Origin: Phaeosaccion multiseriatum
Lineage: Eukaryota > Protista > Ochrophyta, other classes
NCBI GenBank assembly: GCA_965112735.1
Contig: OZ218963.1
Coordinates: 1,612,001 to 1,676,000, forward strand
Length of the DNA: 64,000 nt
Direction: 5' to 3'
Positions within the stretch are counted from its first letter, which is position 1. Each line of letters opens with the position of its first letter. A program made the translations under genes and the position numbers. Under the pieces are notes generated by a model. The model did no database searches, was not told the DNA's origin, and was given only the letters and a program-made list of their open reading frames with translations. Shown here in pieces: positions 13,590 to 25,400 of the stretch.

Positions 13590-15866
13590 TCACGGATCTG
13601 TCCTCGCCTTCTTTCGCAAAGACTCTCCTTCGCCTTCAGGCCCCCCTTGAATGCCATCCCCACATTGGCTGTGAGCCCCGCTAGCCCCGCCTTGACCGTG
13701 AGCCCACGCTCCTCCTCCCCCACCCGTCTCCTCCTGCAGCGCAAAGCCGTACTCGGCCATTAACGCCTTCACCTCCCTCGAGAGGCCGTCCAAGCCGAAG
13801 AACACCGCCGCCTGTAGAGCTTCCATTGCTCTTTCCTGATCAAACAACTTTGCAGGCCCTCTCCTCGGCCCTCCTCTGGTGCTGCTGCTGCTGCCGCCGC
13901 CGCCCTTGCTACTGCCACCACCGCCGCCGCTGCTGCTCTTGCTGCCCTTGTCATTGCTCTTTCCTTCTCCGCCGTTCCGACTGCTGCCACTTTCGCCATT
14001 TCTCCCGCCCTTTCCTTCACCATTGCTCCCCTCCTTTCCTTCTGCGCCATTTGAACTCCGCTTCCTTTTGCCTCCCAACACAGACCACCTCGTCAGCAAT
14101 TCCTCCACACTCCCCGTGGTGATGTACTTGACCACAGCCTCAAACCCCTTCTCGGTGAAGTTCACGCCATCATACTCGAGCTCTGCCTCAACCCTCTCTT
14201 CGTTGCTCCCCTGCCCTCTCGCCCGCCTCCATTCCCCCTTCTTGAGCCTCTTGTAGCCACGCTTGGCAGGGTCGATTAGGTCGGGCAGAGTCCCCCTTGT
14301 GGAACATGACCTTCTTGCTCCGCTCTCCTCTTCTTCGTTTTTCGTCTCCTCCTGCTCTCTCACCCTCTCCATGAGCTGCTCCACCAAGGGAATGCTCAAG
14401 GTGTACTGCCTCCCCTTCCCTCCGGTGGACTTGTTGACCAGGCGTACCTGCACCACTTCGTCAAACTTGTCATCGTCACCATCGGCAGTGACCGAGTAGT
14501 GCTCCGCAACGGCGCCGAGCCTGTCTACGGCCGTCATGTGCTGCTCTCGTTGCCTGCTGAAAAATGAGGCAATGGCGTCAGCAAAGCCCTTTTCTGCTGC
14601 GAAAGCAAAAATCCTTCCGTCCACAGCAGCACCCATCTTGAGAAGGAAGATGGCCACCTTCTCGCGAGCCTCCTTCGCTCCAGGCTCATTCTCCGCTCTT
14701 TCGAGCGTCAAATACACCTTGCTTCCGGCAGGACGCATGCAAGTCATGAGAACGCTCTCTTGGTTCTCAGCTTGAGCGTTGACGTCCGCCCCGGCCTCCA
14801 CCAGCAGGTAGGCCAAGTCCATGCTGCCGAGAGCGGCGGCCACATGCAGAGGTGTGATCGAATCATCGTTCTTGACATCCACAGAGGCACCGGCGCGCAA
14901 CAGCTCATTGACAATTTCCACATGGCCCACCAAAGCACCATACAGGACGGGGGTGTGACCACAAACAACAGCCACGTCCAGGGACGCACCACCGCGAATG
15001 AGCTCCTTGACACACTCCACGTGCTCGTAGTAGCAGGCCAGATGCAGCGCTGTGTTCAAGTCAACATCTCCGTCATCAATCTGCAGCCCACTCTCCAGTA
15101 AAAGAGGAATGCACTCCGCATTACCGTTGTGCGCGGCCAAGTGCAGGAGAGTCTGCTCCTCCTCGGCTCGAACCTCGGCGTCGGCGCCGCTGTCCAGCAG
15201 CAGAGCCAGCGCCTTGGCCCTCCCCGTTCGCTTCGCACTGTCCGTATCCTCCTGTTGCTTGCAGCACACGTGGGCTGGCGTGTCACCATTTCGGTCTCTC
15301 TCATCCGGCTCGGCCCCCGCCTTGAGCAGCAGCCGTACGCACTCCGAGCTCCCCGCATAGACTGCCTGGTGCAAGGCCTCGGTATCCTTGGCCATCGCGC
15401 CATGCCGCAGCAAATACCACACGATGAGAGTGTGGCCCCTTGCTGCAGCACAGGCCACAGGAGACCACTTGCCGTTGCATTTCACATTCACCTCTGCACC
15501 CGTTTCCACGAGGCCCTTGACCAACTCGAACTGCCCCTTCCTTGCAGCCCGATGGAGCGGGGTCTTGCCGGCAATGTTCTTCGAGCAGCTCCGCAAACCG
15601 CATTTCTCCAACAGCTTGGCCGCCCCATGCATACTCATGCCCCTCTCCTCCGAGCAGCGCGTTTTGTTGCTTTTCTCCATGTCGGCCAGGGCATGGAGCG
15701 GAGTGTAGCCCTTCTTCTTCAGAGCGTTGAGATCCACGCTGGCGAGGATGGCCTTGAGGATGAGGAGGAGGTGTTCAGTGCCAGAGGCCCAACCCGACGC
15801 TTCCATCGCGGTGGTGTCGTCGAACCACTCGTCCACCAACCGAATCGCAGCTCGTCGAGGGTTCAT
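13590..15866 (-). CDS. Ankyrin-repeat protein with C-terminal BTB/POZ-like domain
   Basis: Intronless 758-aa ORF with about 9-10 ankyrin repeats (GKTPLHRAARKGQFELVKGLVETGAEVN etc.). The C-terminal segments GFEAVVKYITTG...EALQAAVFFGLDGL resemble BTB helices, interrupted by a Gly/Ser loop. Confidence 0.88.
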   Translation of the reverse strand: MNPRRAAIRLVDEWFDDTTAMEASGWASGTEHLLLILKAILASVDLNALKKKGYTPLHALADMEKSNKTRCSEERGMSMHGAAKLLEKCGLRSCSKNIAGKTPLHRAARKGQFELVKGLVETGAEVNVKCNGKWSPVACAAARGHTLIVWYLLRHGAMAKDTEALHQAVYAGSSECVRLLLKAGAEPDERDRNGDTPAHVCCKQQEDTDSAKRTGRAKALALLLDSGADAEVRAEEEQTLLHLAAHNGNAECIPLLLESGLQIDDGDVDLNTALHLACYYEHVECVKELIRGGASLDVAVVCGHTPVLYGALVGHVEIVNELLRAGASVDVKNDDSITPLHVAAALGSMDLAYLLVEAGADVNAQAENQESVLMTCMRPAGSKVYLTLERAENEPGAKEAREKVAIFLLKMGAAVDGRIFAFAAEKGFADAIASFFSRQREQHMTAVDRLGAVAEHYSVTADGDDDKFDEVVQVRLVNKSTGGKGRQYTLSIPLVEQLMERVREQEETKNEEEESGARRSCSTRGTLPDLIDPAKRGYKRLKKGEWRRARGQGSNEERVEAELEYDGVNFTEKGFEAVVKYITTGSVEELLTRWSVLGGKRKRSSNGAEGKEGSNGEGKGGRNGESGSSRNGGEGKSNDKGSKSSSGGGGGSSKGGGGSSSSTRGGPRRGPAKLFDQERAMEALQAAVFFGLDGLSREVKALMAEYGFALQEETGGGGGAWAHGQGGASGAHSQCGDGIQGGPEGEGESLRKKARTDP

Positions 15867-15980
15867 TTGGAATGGAGGGGTGTATACCAGTTGGGGGGGG
15901 CAGACTAAGACTTAGGAGGAGGGGAGGAAGATCGGAGGAAAAGGACAGAATGGGGGGTGTACGTAAGATTACGTACTTTC

Positions 15981-16087
15981 TCGCTATCGCCGGCGGCCCA
16001 GGGGTTGAATGTGGACTTGATTTTTTTTATTTTTCCCATCAGCGCCAGCCGGTCTCTGATTATTGGACTAAAAAAGGATAGGGCCGA
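15981..16087. mobile_element. Relics of the TCG...CGA MITE family
   Basis: gctatcgccggcgg...caggggttga and gcgccagccggtctctgattattgg...agggccga match the internal motifs and right ends of the elements at 45159 and 49778. Confidence 0.45.
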
Positions 16088-17084
16088 GGACAAGAGGACT
16101 GTTTACTACGCTGCCGCATCTCCGCTGCCGCATCTCCGCTGCCTCCCAAAGTCCAGACATTTTCCGTCGTCGTCGCATATGGCTTCCTCTGTTTGGCCAG
16201 CTCCGGCCTCTTCGCTCGCAGTTCCTCCGTGAAATTGGTACAGTCATTCACGCTCGAGCTCCCTGCCGGTCGCCATGGTCGAAAAGGGGGCCGGAGCGAG
16301 GGGGGTGGACAGAGAGAGCGAGCGGGACAGAGAGAGAGGGAGGGGCGGAGACGAGAGAGAGCATAGAGAGAAAGAGAGGAAGGGGGGGACAGAGTGAGAG
16401 AAAGGAGGGAAGAAAGGGGAGAGACAGACAAGAGGCGAAAGAGGGAAGAGGAGAGATGAGACACAACAGAGCAGAGAGAGCCGCTAGTCAGAGCCTAGTC
16501 AGAGCCTACAGAGCCCGGGGCACGCCGCCAGCAAGGGTGAATGGACGGGGGAGATGCAGCGGTGCAGCAACGGGGGGGGGTGGAGAAGAGAGGCATATGA
16601 ACACGAAGGCCGCGGCTTGAGCGACACAGTGCGGCACAGCTCTCCTTGCCAGCCCCCGCCATGTACGCATAAGTAACAGATGCAGTCCTAACACCCGCCA
16701 CTCCACTTACCAAGTTCACCACAGCGTGGGCGGGCTCTCCCCCACACCCAGGACATTCCAGCCCATAAGCCTACGCCGTTTCTTGCGGATGGTGGAGCTA
16801 CTGACCGTCTCCCTCTCCAGGGCGTCGGCCTCCCCCACGAGAGGAGGCAAGTCCGCCAGAGTGATGTCTGCCGCTCGGAACTGCTCGGCAATGTGTAGGG
16901 TGTGTGTGCCCCCTTTTTTTGGGGGGGGGGGTGATACTGGGTTCGATGAGGGGAGACGAGAGCTGTACACGTCTGCCACGCTCTTGTACCAATATGTGAC
17001 AGGGTTGAGCATTGTGGGGAGAAGTAAGTCATGCGTTCGGCAGAAAAAAAGAGTACCCCCTCCGCATCCCCCCTTTCACCTCCC

Positions 17085-17560
17085 CTCCCTCTCGGACCTT
17101 CTCGATGAGTTGCTCCAACAAGGGAACGCTCCAATGTACACTGCGTCCGGCCCACTGCGTCCGGCCCCTGCATCACATCGCCCACCTGGTCGTCGTTCCC
17201 GTTGGCAGTGGACAGAGTATCGAAGTACCGCGTCTCGGAAGCCCTTCTCCGCGGCCGTCTTCTCGCGAGCGGCTCTCCGCCCGCCTTCCACCGAGGGGAG
17301 TGGGGACGGTTCCCTTTCCTCCGGACACATGCAGGTCCTCAGAGGAGCTTCTCTGGTCAGAGCATTTGACGGGAGCGACCGCCGATACGAGCAGATAGGT
17401 ACCACCAATGGTCTAAGGCGGCGGCAAGGTGCAGGGCAGTGCTCGAATCATTGTTCTGGCGTTGATGAGGGCACCACCGCGCTGCAGCAGCACAGCGACC
17501 ACCTCTACGTGCTCCTTTTGGACAGATAGCGCCCAACATGCGGCCACCAGTGTTACCACT
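17085..17560 (-). pseudogene. Frameshifted remnant paralogous to the adjacent ankyrin-BTB gene
   Basis: Broken frames give HVEVVAVLLQRG, NNDSSTALHLAAAL, LRTCMCP, AAREK, AAEKGFRDAV, QRE and LEQLIEKVRE. These are collinear with HVEIVNELLRAG, NDDSITPLHVAAAL, LMTCMRP, EAREK, AAEKGFADAI, QRE and VEQLMERVRE in 13590-15866. Confidence 0.75.
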
Positions 17561-18029
17561 CATACAGGAGGCCTGCGGCGCAAAAGGAGAGGCGGGAGAG
17601 AGACGGCGTCTCTGGGGCCACTCCTCAGCCCACTCTCCAGCCGGAAGGGGTCGCAGGAATCTATTATCCTTCTCAGCCAATCGTCGAATCTAAGCCCCTG
17701 CAACAGACCTAGGCTGACCTGTGATCCTCTCGATTCTTCTCAGGCAGGCTCCGTCTCGCCGTCCCCTCCGCCCCAATCTCCAACCATTTTTCTGCCCTTC
17801 TCATCCTGCCCTTCTCATCCAATCGTGAACCCAAGCCCTTGTAGCACTCGCACTCGTGTCCTGTCTCATGCAGCTGAGCAGGGCTCTCCATCAGCTCGTG
17901 CAAGGGAAGAAGAAAGGGGAAAGAGAATAAAAAAAAATTAAAGATGAGAATTTGAATTTCAGCTCGCTGACCTCCTCCTCACCACCGCCCTCCTTTGCTC
18001 TGTGTAGACTCTACAAGGAAGGCAAGACA

Positions 18030-19141
18030 ATGGCGGATAAGATACTCCAAAACCTGACCAGAGTTGGGCTGGTCGTGGGCTCCGTCTTTTCACTGTACGT
18101 GGCTCGGATTATTGCTTTCCCCCCCCCCCCCAACCCACCCACCCACCCCCGCTCCTGTCTCATCTTTTCCTGTGCCCCGAGAGAAACAAATTGCTTATTA
18201 GGAACCGGAGTGTTGGTTCTGAATGACTTTCTCCCCGCTCCCAGCCCCCTTGCTGCCGCTCTCCGTGCCCCGCCCCGCTGCCTTCTTCCCGCATACCCAT
18301 GAAACTCTAACTCCTTTTGCGCCCGCCCCCTTCCCATCGCGAATCTCATGGGACTCGCAGCGACTTTGTAATTTACAATGTGGACGCAGGAAAGCGAGCA
18401 GTAGTGTTCGATCGATTCAAGGGGGTTCTGGACGAAGTGAGGGGGGAGGGGACGCATTTCATCATCCCCGGTGTCCAGAAGCCCGTCATCATCGATGTCA
18501 GGGCGAGACCCCGACTCATCAACTCCATCACTGGAACCAAGGACTTACAAATGGCCAACATTTCACTGCGTGTCCTCTCGAGACCAGATGAGAAGAACCT
18601 CCCTAGTATCTACAAGCAGCTGGGCACTGATTTTGACGATCGCGTGCTGCCGTCCATCGGAAATGAGGTGCTCAAGGCTGTAGTGGCCAAGTACAATGCG
18701 GAGGAGCTTCTCAGCAAGCGTGAGGTGGTGAGCCATCGTATTCGGGAGGAGATTCGGGCGCGGGCGGGGACTTTTAACATCATTCTGGACGACGTGAGCA
18801 TCACACACCTGACCTTTGGAAGGGAGTTCACCAAGGCCATCGAGGCCAAGGTGGTGGCGAGCCAAGATGCAGAGCGGCAGGTGTATGTGGTGGCCAAGTC
18901 GGAGCAGGAGAGGCTTGCGGCGGTCATCCGCGCGGAGGGAGAGGCAGACGCAGCCGCCATCATATCCAAGGCTATCGACGAGGCAGGGCCCGGGCTCATC
19001 GAGGTGAGGAGAATCGACACGGCCATCGAAATCGCAGCGTCTCTCTCCAAGTCAAGGGGGGTCACCTACCTCCCCGGGGCCGAGGGCAAGGAGGGGGGGG
19101 GGAACAACTTGCTGCTAGGAGTCAACACCGGGGCTCCCTGA
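18030..19141 (+). CDS. PHB: Prohibitin (PHB1-type, SPFH domain); exons 18030-18094 and 18361-19141
   Basis: YNVDAGKRAVVFDRFKGV, TGTKDLQMANISLRVLSRP, RVLPSIGNEVLKAVVAKYNAEELL; phase-2 GT-AG intron. Confidence 0.95.
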
Positions 19142-19790
19142 AGGGGCCGCTAGGTAGGATCTAATTTGTGTGATTGAGTGTGTGTGTGTGAGTGACACAA
19201 ACCACTTTCTGTGAGTACGACTAGGGACAAGGGGGGCGTGGCGTGGGTAACTCTGGGCAGCGAGGATAGAGGCAGTTGGCAATTCCAGGCAGCTTCAGGC
19301 TCCGGCGGGAGGGTGCAGCGGCAGGGACGGGGAGGAGAGGGGAGGGCCCGGCGGGAGGGACCAGCAGTGGGGAAAGGGCGGAACGGGGGGGGTTGCGCGG
19401 GAGCAGAGTGCGGACAACGAAAAAAAAGTTCTTCACAAATCAAAGGTTAGAGAGTTTTAGCGAGTTTGAACATGCGCATCGTGTTCCCCGAGACAAGTCG
19501 AATGCCGGCATCGTTGCCTCCTGCAACCTCTGTCAATTCAGTTCTATGGCCTGCAGCGTGTGGAGGCCTAACAAACTGAAACTCCTGTTCCCTACGTAAG
19601 GGCCATGCGGGCCTTACGTAAGGGTGTCTTGCAGCCCAGAGGGCCCTCCCTCCCCCCGCCCCCCCCCCTAAAGTGCCTCTATCGCCGAGTTGAGCAGTTC
19701 TATTTAAACATTGGTGGCACTGCGCTACGCCAATCGCCTTTTAGGTGTCTCGGAGGTGAGTGAGCTCTCTTATCTGACACTGTGCGATGC

Positions 19791-21800
19791 TTAGCTTTGC
19801 CACCTACTGCTTCCTTTCGTTTCCGTCGGTGTGGGGGGTTGGTACTTGTCGTGGCTGCCAATCCAGTCAAAGAAAGATTCTTTCTGCCTCGAAAGGGTCT
19901 CAGACAGCGCGCCCATCCCCTTCATCCTCAGCATCAAACCGCCCCGCTTCTCGGCTGCTCGTCTCTCCACGTCCTCCAAGGCCTCTCGGAGAACCGTCTG
20001 AAATGCCAGAGACAGAATGATGCAGGCAGGATCCGGCACCAAGTGGTCAGGGCGTCCCTTCTTGGGCGGGGGTAGAGGTAGCTTGCGTTGCTCCAGCATC
20101 CAGCCGCCGACATCATGTGTCTCAGACCTCTTTTCAAAGATCCACAGCCTGGAGTCTGGTAGCCTTCCCCTCGTTGCCCGGGCCATAAAGATGCCCTCTG
20201 CAGTGAACCACTTTGCGTTTCGAATCCGAAAGGGGTCGTACCAGTTCAGCACCTTGTGGGTATACGTCATGTCCTTGGAAAACACTGTGCAAATGTGCGG
20301 TGCGCGAGTGGCGTGGAATCCGTACATGGTGCAGAGCTCTCGCCCTGCCGTTACCATTTCCTCCGGTGTTTGGAAGTTGCCCTTCTCCCGTGCGGTCTCC
20401 AAGTCTCGCTCGCCCCAAATGGCAATGCCCTCCCCCAGGTCTGCAGAGCCCGTATCCCTAGGCAAGACTCTGGCCACGGCCCGCAGCTGGCCCAACCACC
20501 AAAGTTCCAATTGCATGCCATGCAAGAGACCCCCTTGCCTGCTCAGCCCCTCCAGCTCCGCCTCCTTGTCCATCCCCTGCTGCTGCTGCCCGTCACCCTG
20601 CTGCTCCTCTTCATCCGTCGGAGTCGGATGGTGGCCCATGCCCTTCACGTACGCCCTCACCCTCTGCAAAATGCTGGCGTCGTCCTCCTCCGCCTCTGCC
20701 CCCACTCTTGCGTCTTTGAACTCTGCACCTTTAGCTGCGGCTTCCGATGAAGCTCCCCCCCCCGGGCCTGCTGTGGCCGCTGCTGTGGCACCATTGCTGC
20801 CCACGCCGTCTTCGTCGTCCTGCTTAAGCTCCGTGCAGAGCCGCTCGAGCTCCGCACGGGTGAGTCCTGCCAGCCGATCGACCACAAGCTTCTTGTCCGA
20901 CATGGGCACCTTCCCTACCTTGACATAGCCCAGCAGATGCCTCCCCTGCGTCAGCTCCATGACATGGTGGTGGCAAGTCCGATCCCTTCTCTCCTCGCAC
21001 TCCAGGTCCAGCGGATACAGGCGGCGCTCCACGTCGGGGTCGAAAACCGGCCCCTCCATAGCTGTCCGTAGCGCCTCCTCAAACGAGGGGCCATCCGCCC
21101 ACGACAGAGGTTCGTCGCGGCCAGTTCCCCCCGCCCCTCCGGCACCCCGCCGCCGTCCATCCGCATCCTCCTCCTCGAAGTACGTCTTTCTATGCCAAGT
21201 CGTCCGCCCACCCTCCTCCCGCTTCTCCCAGCGAGTTCGGCTGTAGTCCTGTCGCCTCCGGTAAGGGTTGTTAGCGTAGTCCTCTGCTCGCTGCCAAGGG
21301 GGTCGTTGCCGCCGTGTCGACGTGTCGCCAGACCATGCCTCAAAGCCCTCGCCTTCACCGCCGCTTGTCACATCCCACATATCATCACCGTCGCCCTGCT
21401 CACTCCGGCTCTCCCAGCCCTCCAGCACATCAATGTGCTCCAGCCGCCGTTGCTCATCCCCAACAACCGTATACGCCTCTGTGAGTCGTTGGAAGTTTTC
21501 TTTGCTGGTGAGCCGCTTACCCTGCTGGTCCCGCGTCCCCCCTTCCCTTTTCTCTCTGGCTACTTCTTTCCCCCCCCCACCGCCTCTGTTGTCGCTGCTG
21601 TGTTTATTCACGTCGGGGTGCGTGAGCTTCGCTTGCCTGTAGAAGGCATGCTTTATCTCCTCACTAGTTGCGCCCCGCGGTACGTCCAGGACTTTGAAGT
21701 AGTCCACCGGTGGACCACCAGGCACGCTAAATGAGCGCGTAAGACATAGCTGGAAGCGTGGGCGAACGTAGCCCAGGCCACGGGCCAAGGATCTCTTCAT
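19791..21800 (-). CDS. J-domain (DnaJ/Hsp40 type III) protein, probably mitochondrion-targeted
   Basis: DYFKVLDVPRGATSEEIKHAFYRQAKLTHPDVN...FQRLTEAYTVV contains the HPD motif; the N-terminus is Arg-rich and lacks acidic residues. Confidence 0.85.
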   Translation of the reverse strand: MKRSLARGLGYVRPRFQLCLTRSFSVPGGPPVDYFKVLDVPRGATSEEIKHAFYRQAKLTHPDVNKHSSDNRGGGGGKEVAREKREGGTRDQQGKRLTSKENFQRLTEAYTVVGDEQRRLEHIDVLEGWESRSEQGDGDDMWDVTSGGEGEGFEAWSGDTSTRRQRPPWQRAEDYANNPYRRRQDYSRTRWEKREEGGRTTWHRKTYFEEEDADGRRRGAGGAGGTGRDEPLSWADGPSFEEALRTAMEGPVFDPDVERRLYPLDLECEERRDRTCHHHVMELTQGRHLLGYVKVGKVPMSDKKLVVDRLAGLTRAELERLCTELKQDDEDGVGSNGATAAATAGPGGGASSEAAAKGAEFKDARVGAEAEEDDASILQRVRAYVKGMGHHPTPTDEEEQQGDGQQQQGMDKEAELEGLSRQGGLLHGMQLELWWLGQLRAVARVLPRDTGSADLGEGIAIWGERDLETAREKGNFQTPEEMVTAGRELCTMYGFHATRAPHICTVFSKDMTYTHKVLNWYDPFRIRNAKWFTAEGIFMARATRGRLPDSRLWIFEKRSETHDVGGWMLEQRKLPLPPPKKGRPDHLVPDPACIILSLAFQTVLREALEDVERRAAEKRGGLMLRMKGMGALSETLSRQKESFFDWIGSHDKYQPPTPTETKGSSRWQS

Positions 21801-22440
21801 CGTGGAGTGGATCCGGAGGGAAAAGGGGAATCTATGAATCTATACACACCTGTACAATGTACAATGTAGAGTGTGTGGAGTTGGGATCGCGAGTTGGTGA
21901 TACATCAATCCGAACCCAGGGGGGCTTTTTTCGGTGTGATGGCGAGTCGGAGGCGATCCATCGCTTTGCCTTGCGGAGGGGCATCTCAAAAAAGAGAGGC
22001 GCAGCAGAGGTTTTAGGGCTGCGGTCGAGTGGAGTGAGAAGATTTCAGAGCTTTCGCTGATTGCGCGGCTGAAAACGGTGAGAAGAAGGACAGGTGAAGA
22101 GGAGAGGGGGGGTGAGACAAGGGAGAAAAGGGTGATAGATCAAGAGTTAGAGCAAAAGACGGGAAGGCGACACAAGGCGATAATGAGGTCCTGGTCCTAT
22201 TTTATTTGCCGCAACCTCATGCTGCTGCTTTCTGCCCTCCCCCCCCTCTCCTTTCCGCCTTGTTCTGCAACAAAAAATTAGGCAGCGTTAGCTAAGGTCT
22301 TGCTCCTTTATAGTAGCCGCTGCGCACTGCCAAGGGGCAGCCCACAGCACAGTAGCAGCAGCAGATCAGCGCAGTAGTGAGTACCAGCGGCAGCAGCGGC
22401 AGCAGCAGCAGAAGCAGTGGCAGCAGTAGCAGCAGAAGTC

Positions 22441-25400
22441 ATGACTGTGTCGGCCTCACAGCGGCTTATGGAGGCGGAGCTCATCGAGCCTGGTACACTC
22501 ATCTGGGTGGAGGACGCCAAAGAGACGTGGTCTTCCGCCCAGGTCGTTCGGCAAGACAACACCATCCTCTATGTGGTGGACACGGAGACGGGCGAGCACT
22601 CGGAGATCGACTTGGGGTTCTCCGATGCGGTACACGTGCAAAACCCAAAAGACATGTCTGACATGACTGCCCTGTACCACATTCACGAGCCCGGCATCCT
22701 CTTCAACTTGCGAGTGCGCTCCGCCCTTAAGAATCAGCGGCCATACACGTTTATGGGCACTATCCTCATTGCGGTCAACCCACTGCGGCGTATCGAGGCG
22801 CCTCCAATGTCGAATTATATGGATAGGCCGCTCAATCCGGAGGACCCGCACCCGTACGCCAATGCTGAGCTGGCCTACCACCAAATGCGGTTCGGGGGGA
22901 CGGGGGGAAGCCATGCCAACCAGTCCATCGTGGTGTCTGGGGAGTCTGGGGCGGGAAAGACGGAAACGTCGAAGATCATCCTGTCTTACTTGGCGGCGAG
23001 GAGCGTTGGAGGGGTCAAGGGTCTGGATGACAAGGTGGTGGAGTCGTCCCCTATTCTGGAGAGTTTCGGAAACTCCAAGACGCTGCGGAACCCCAATTCG
23101 TCGCGCTTTGGGAAGTACCTCAAGCTGCAGTTTTCAGCCGACGGAAAGTACAGCTTGGCAGGGGGCTTCATCGAAACGTACTTGCTGGAGAAGAGTCGCG
23201 TCTTGACGCAAGCGAAAGGGGAGAGAAATTTCCACATCTTTTATGAGCTGATTTCGGCTGTGCCCCCCGCACTGGTCAGCGAGGTGCAGCTCACTACGCC
23301 CAACGACTACACCATCACCAACCAGAGCGGAGTGGTTGAGCTGGAAGGAGTGGACGATGCAAGTCAGTTCGCCGAAGTGGCGCACGCCTTCAACACCATT
23401 GGTATGAGCGAGGAGCTGCAGATGGACGTGTGGAGGATCCTCGCGGCCATGCTTCACCTCTCCTCCATGAAGATCAACGCCGTCGACACGTCGGAAGGAG
23501 AAGCCGCCGAGTTTGCAGACAAGTCCCAGACCCAGCTCGTGGCGGCCTTGCTCGGGGTGGAAGTGGCCATACTGGAGAAGCTCCTCTGTGAGCGGCAGGT
23601 CAAGACCATGGGCGAGGTGTTTACCAAGAAGATGGACGTGAAGAATGCGTCCTTTGCCCGCGACGCCGTATGCAAGGCGCTGTACGAGTCTCTCTTTTTG
23701 TGGATCGTCAAGCAGATCAACCTGTCCCTGGGCAAGGGAGCGGATACTCTCCCCTTCATCGGCGTGCTGGACATTTTCGGCTTTGAGAACTTTGAGCTCA
23801 ACGAGTTTGAGCAGCTCCTCATCAACTACACCAACGAGTCGCTGCAAGACACTTTCAACAAGCAGGTGTTCAGCAACGAGCTGCGCCTGTACGAGTCGGA
23901 GGGTATCGAGGTGCAGGTGTCCTCCTGCCCCGACAACGCCGAGTGCATCGATCTGCTCAGCGCCAAGCCCCAGGGCGTCATTCCCTCGCTGGACAATGTG
24001 TGTAGGGGCATTGACCCGACGGATCAGCGCTTCATCGACGGCTTGCACAAGACGCACAGCAAGAATCAGTACTTTCCCAAGACGCACCTCAAGGACGCAC
24101 GCGAGATGTTCTGGATCAACCACTACGCCGGCAAGGTCAAGTACACCGTGCACGGCTGGGTCATGCGCAACAATGACAACATCCCCGAGGGGTACGTGCC
24201 GGTGCTAAAGGCCTCCACGAGGACCGTGTGCGAGCAGATGTGCGAAGGAGGCGCCGGGGGAGCCGTGGCAGCCGCGGGGTCTGGAGGAGGGGGCGGTAAA
24301 GCCAAGGCTCGCCCGACGGTTGCCAAGGGCTTTATGGAGAGCATGGGGGCGCTGCAAAAGACTCTCAACGGGACCACATGCAACTTCATCCGGTGCATCA
24401 AGCCCAACGCGGACATGGAGACGGGAGTCTTTGACAACTCCTACACGGTGGACCAGCTGCAGTGCCTGGGCATACTGCAGACGTGCGAGGTGTTGAAGGT
24501 GGGTATGCCCACCAGAGTCAGCTACACGGAGATGCAAAGCGTGCTGGGAGCGCAGGCGGAGAGAGCTCGCGAGCTGTTCAAGGACGAGCCTGAGACGGCA
24601 ATGATTGCAGCCATCTTGTGGGCCTTTGAGATTCCGGAGGACTCCTTTCGCTTGGGAAAGACGCGGGTCTTCTTCCGAGCCGGGCAAATCTCCAAGCTGG
24701 AGAGCATACTCAAAGACACTTCGGCAGAGAAGGGGGAGTGGGTGCTGGGCCGCCTCAAGGAGGCACTGGAGAACCGCAAACAGGCCAAGAAGATTGCGAG
24801 TCAGGCGAGGAGCTATGTGGATGAGGCAGGGGGCGAGCTTGACGCAGCAATGGCTTCTGTAAAGGCTGCGCTCGGTAGCTCAGCAGGAGGTGGGGGAGCT
24901 AACGTGGAGGATGAGGAGAACCCTGGGCCTGTGCCTGGGTCGGACTTTGATGCGTTGGAGCTTTCCAACCAGCTCAAACGCGCAAACAAGACGGCAGTGC
25001 TTGTGAGTCAGCAGACGGACCAATTGTTGAAGGCGTGTAAGGAGGACAAGCTGGGGACGTACGCAGAGAATGGTATGCAGCGCATCGAGACGGCGGGGCA
25101 GAAAGCAAAGGATAGCTCCATCAAGCTCACGGCCGCTACAGAGCTCCTGCAGCGTGAGATTACTGTCGTTTCGTCCTCGGATGCAGGCAACATTGTGCGC
25201 CAGCTGGAGAACTCCCTGCGTGTGTGTGAGAAGCTGCTCAGAGAGGCAGACGAGGTGGCCATAGAGGTGGAAGAGGCAGCGGGCAAGTGCCAGCTGGGCA
25301 AGTGCCAAGAGCTCGTTTCCGGGGCCCAGGCCAAGTGTGAGGAGGTGAGGGCAGCAGCAAGGAAGGCGCAGGCAGGCTCGGAGGAGGCCAAAGCGGTGGC

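Noticed and set aside
22456-24153. Long antisense ORFs over myosin (also over SAHH, PHB and MFSD5)
   Set aside because: These are expected shadows of GC3-rich codon usage.
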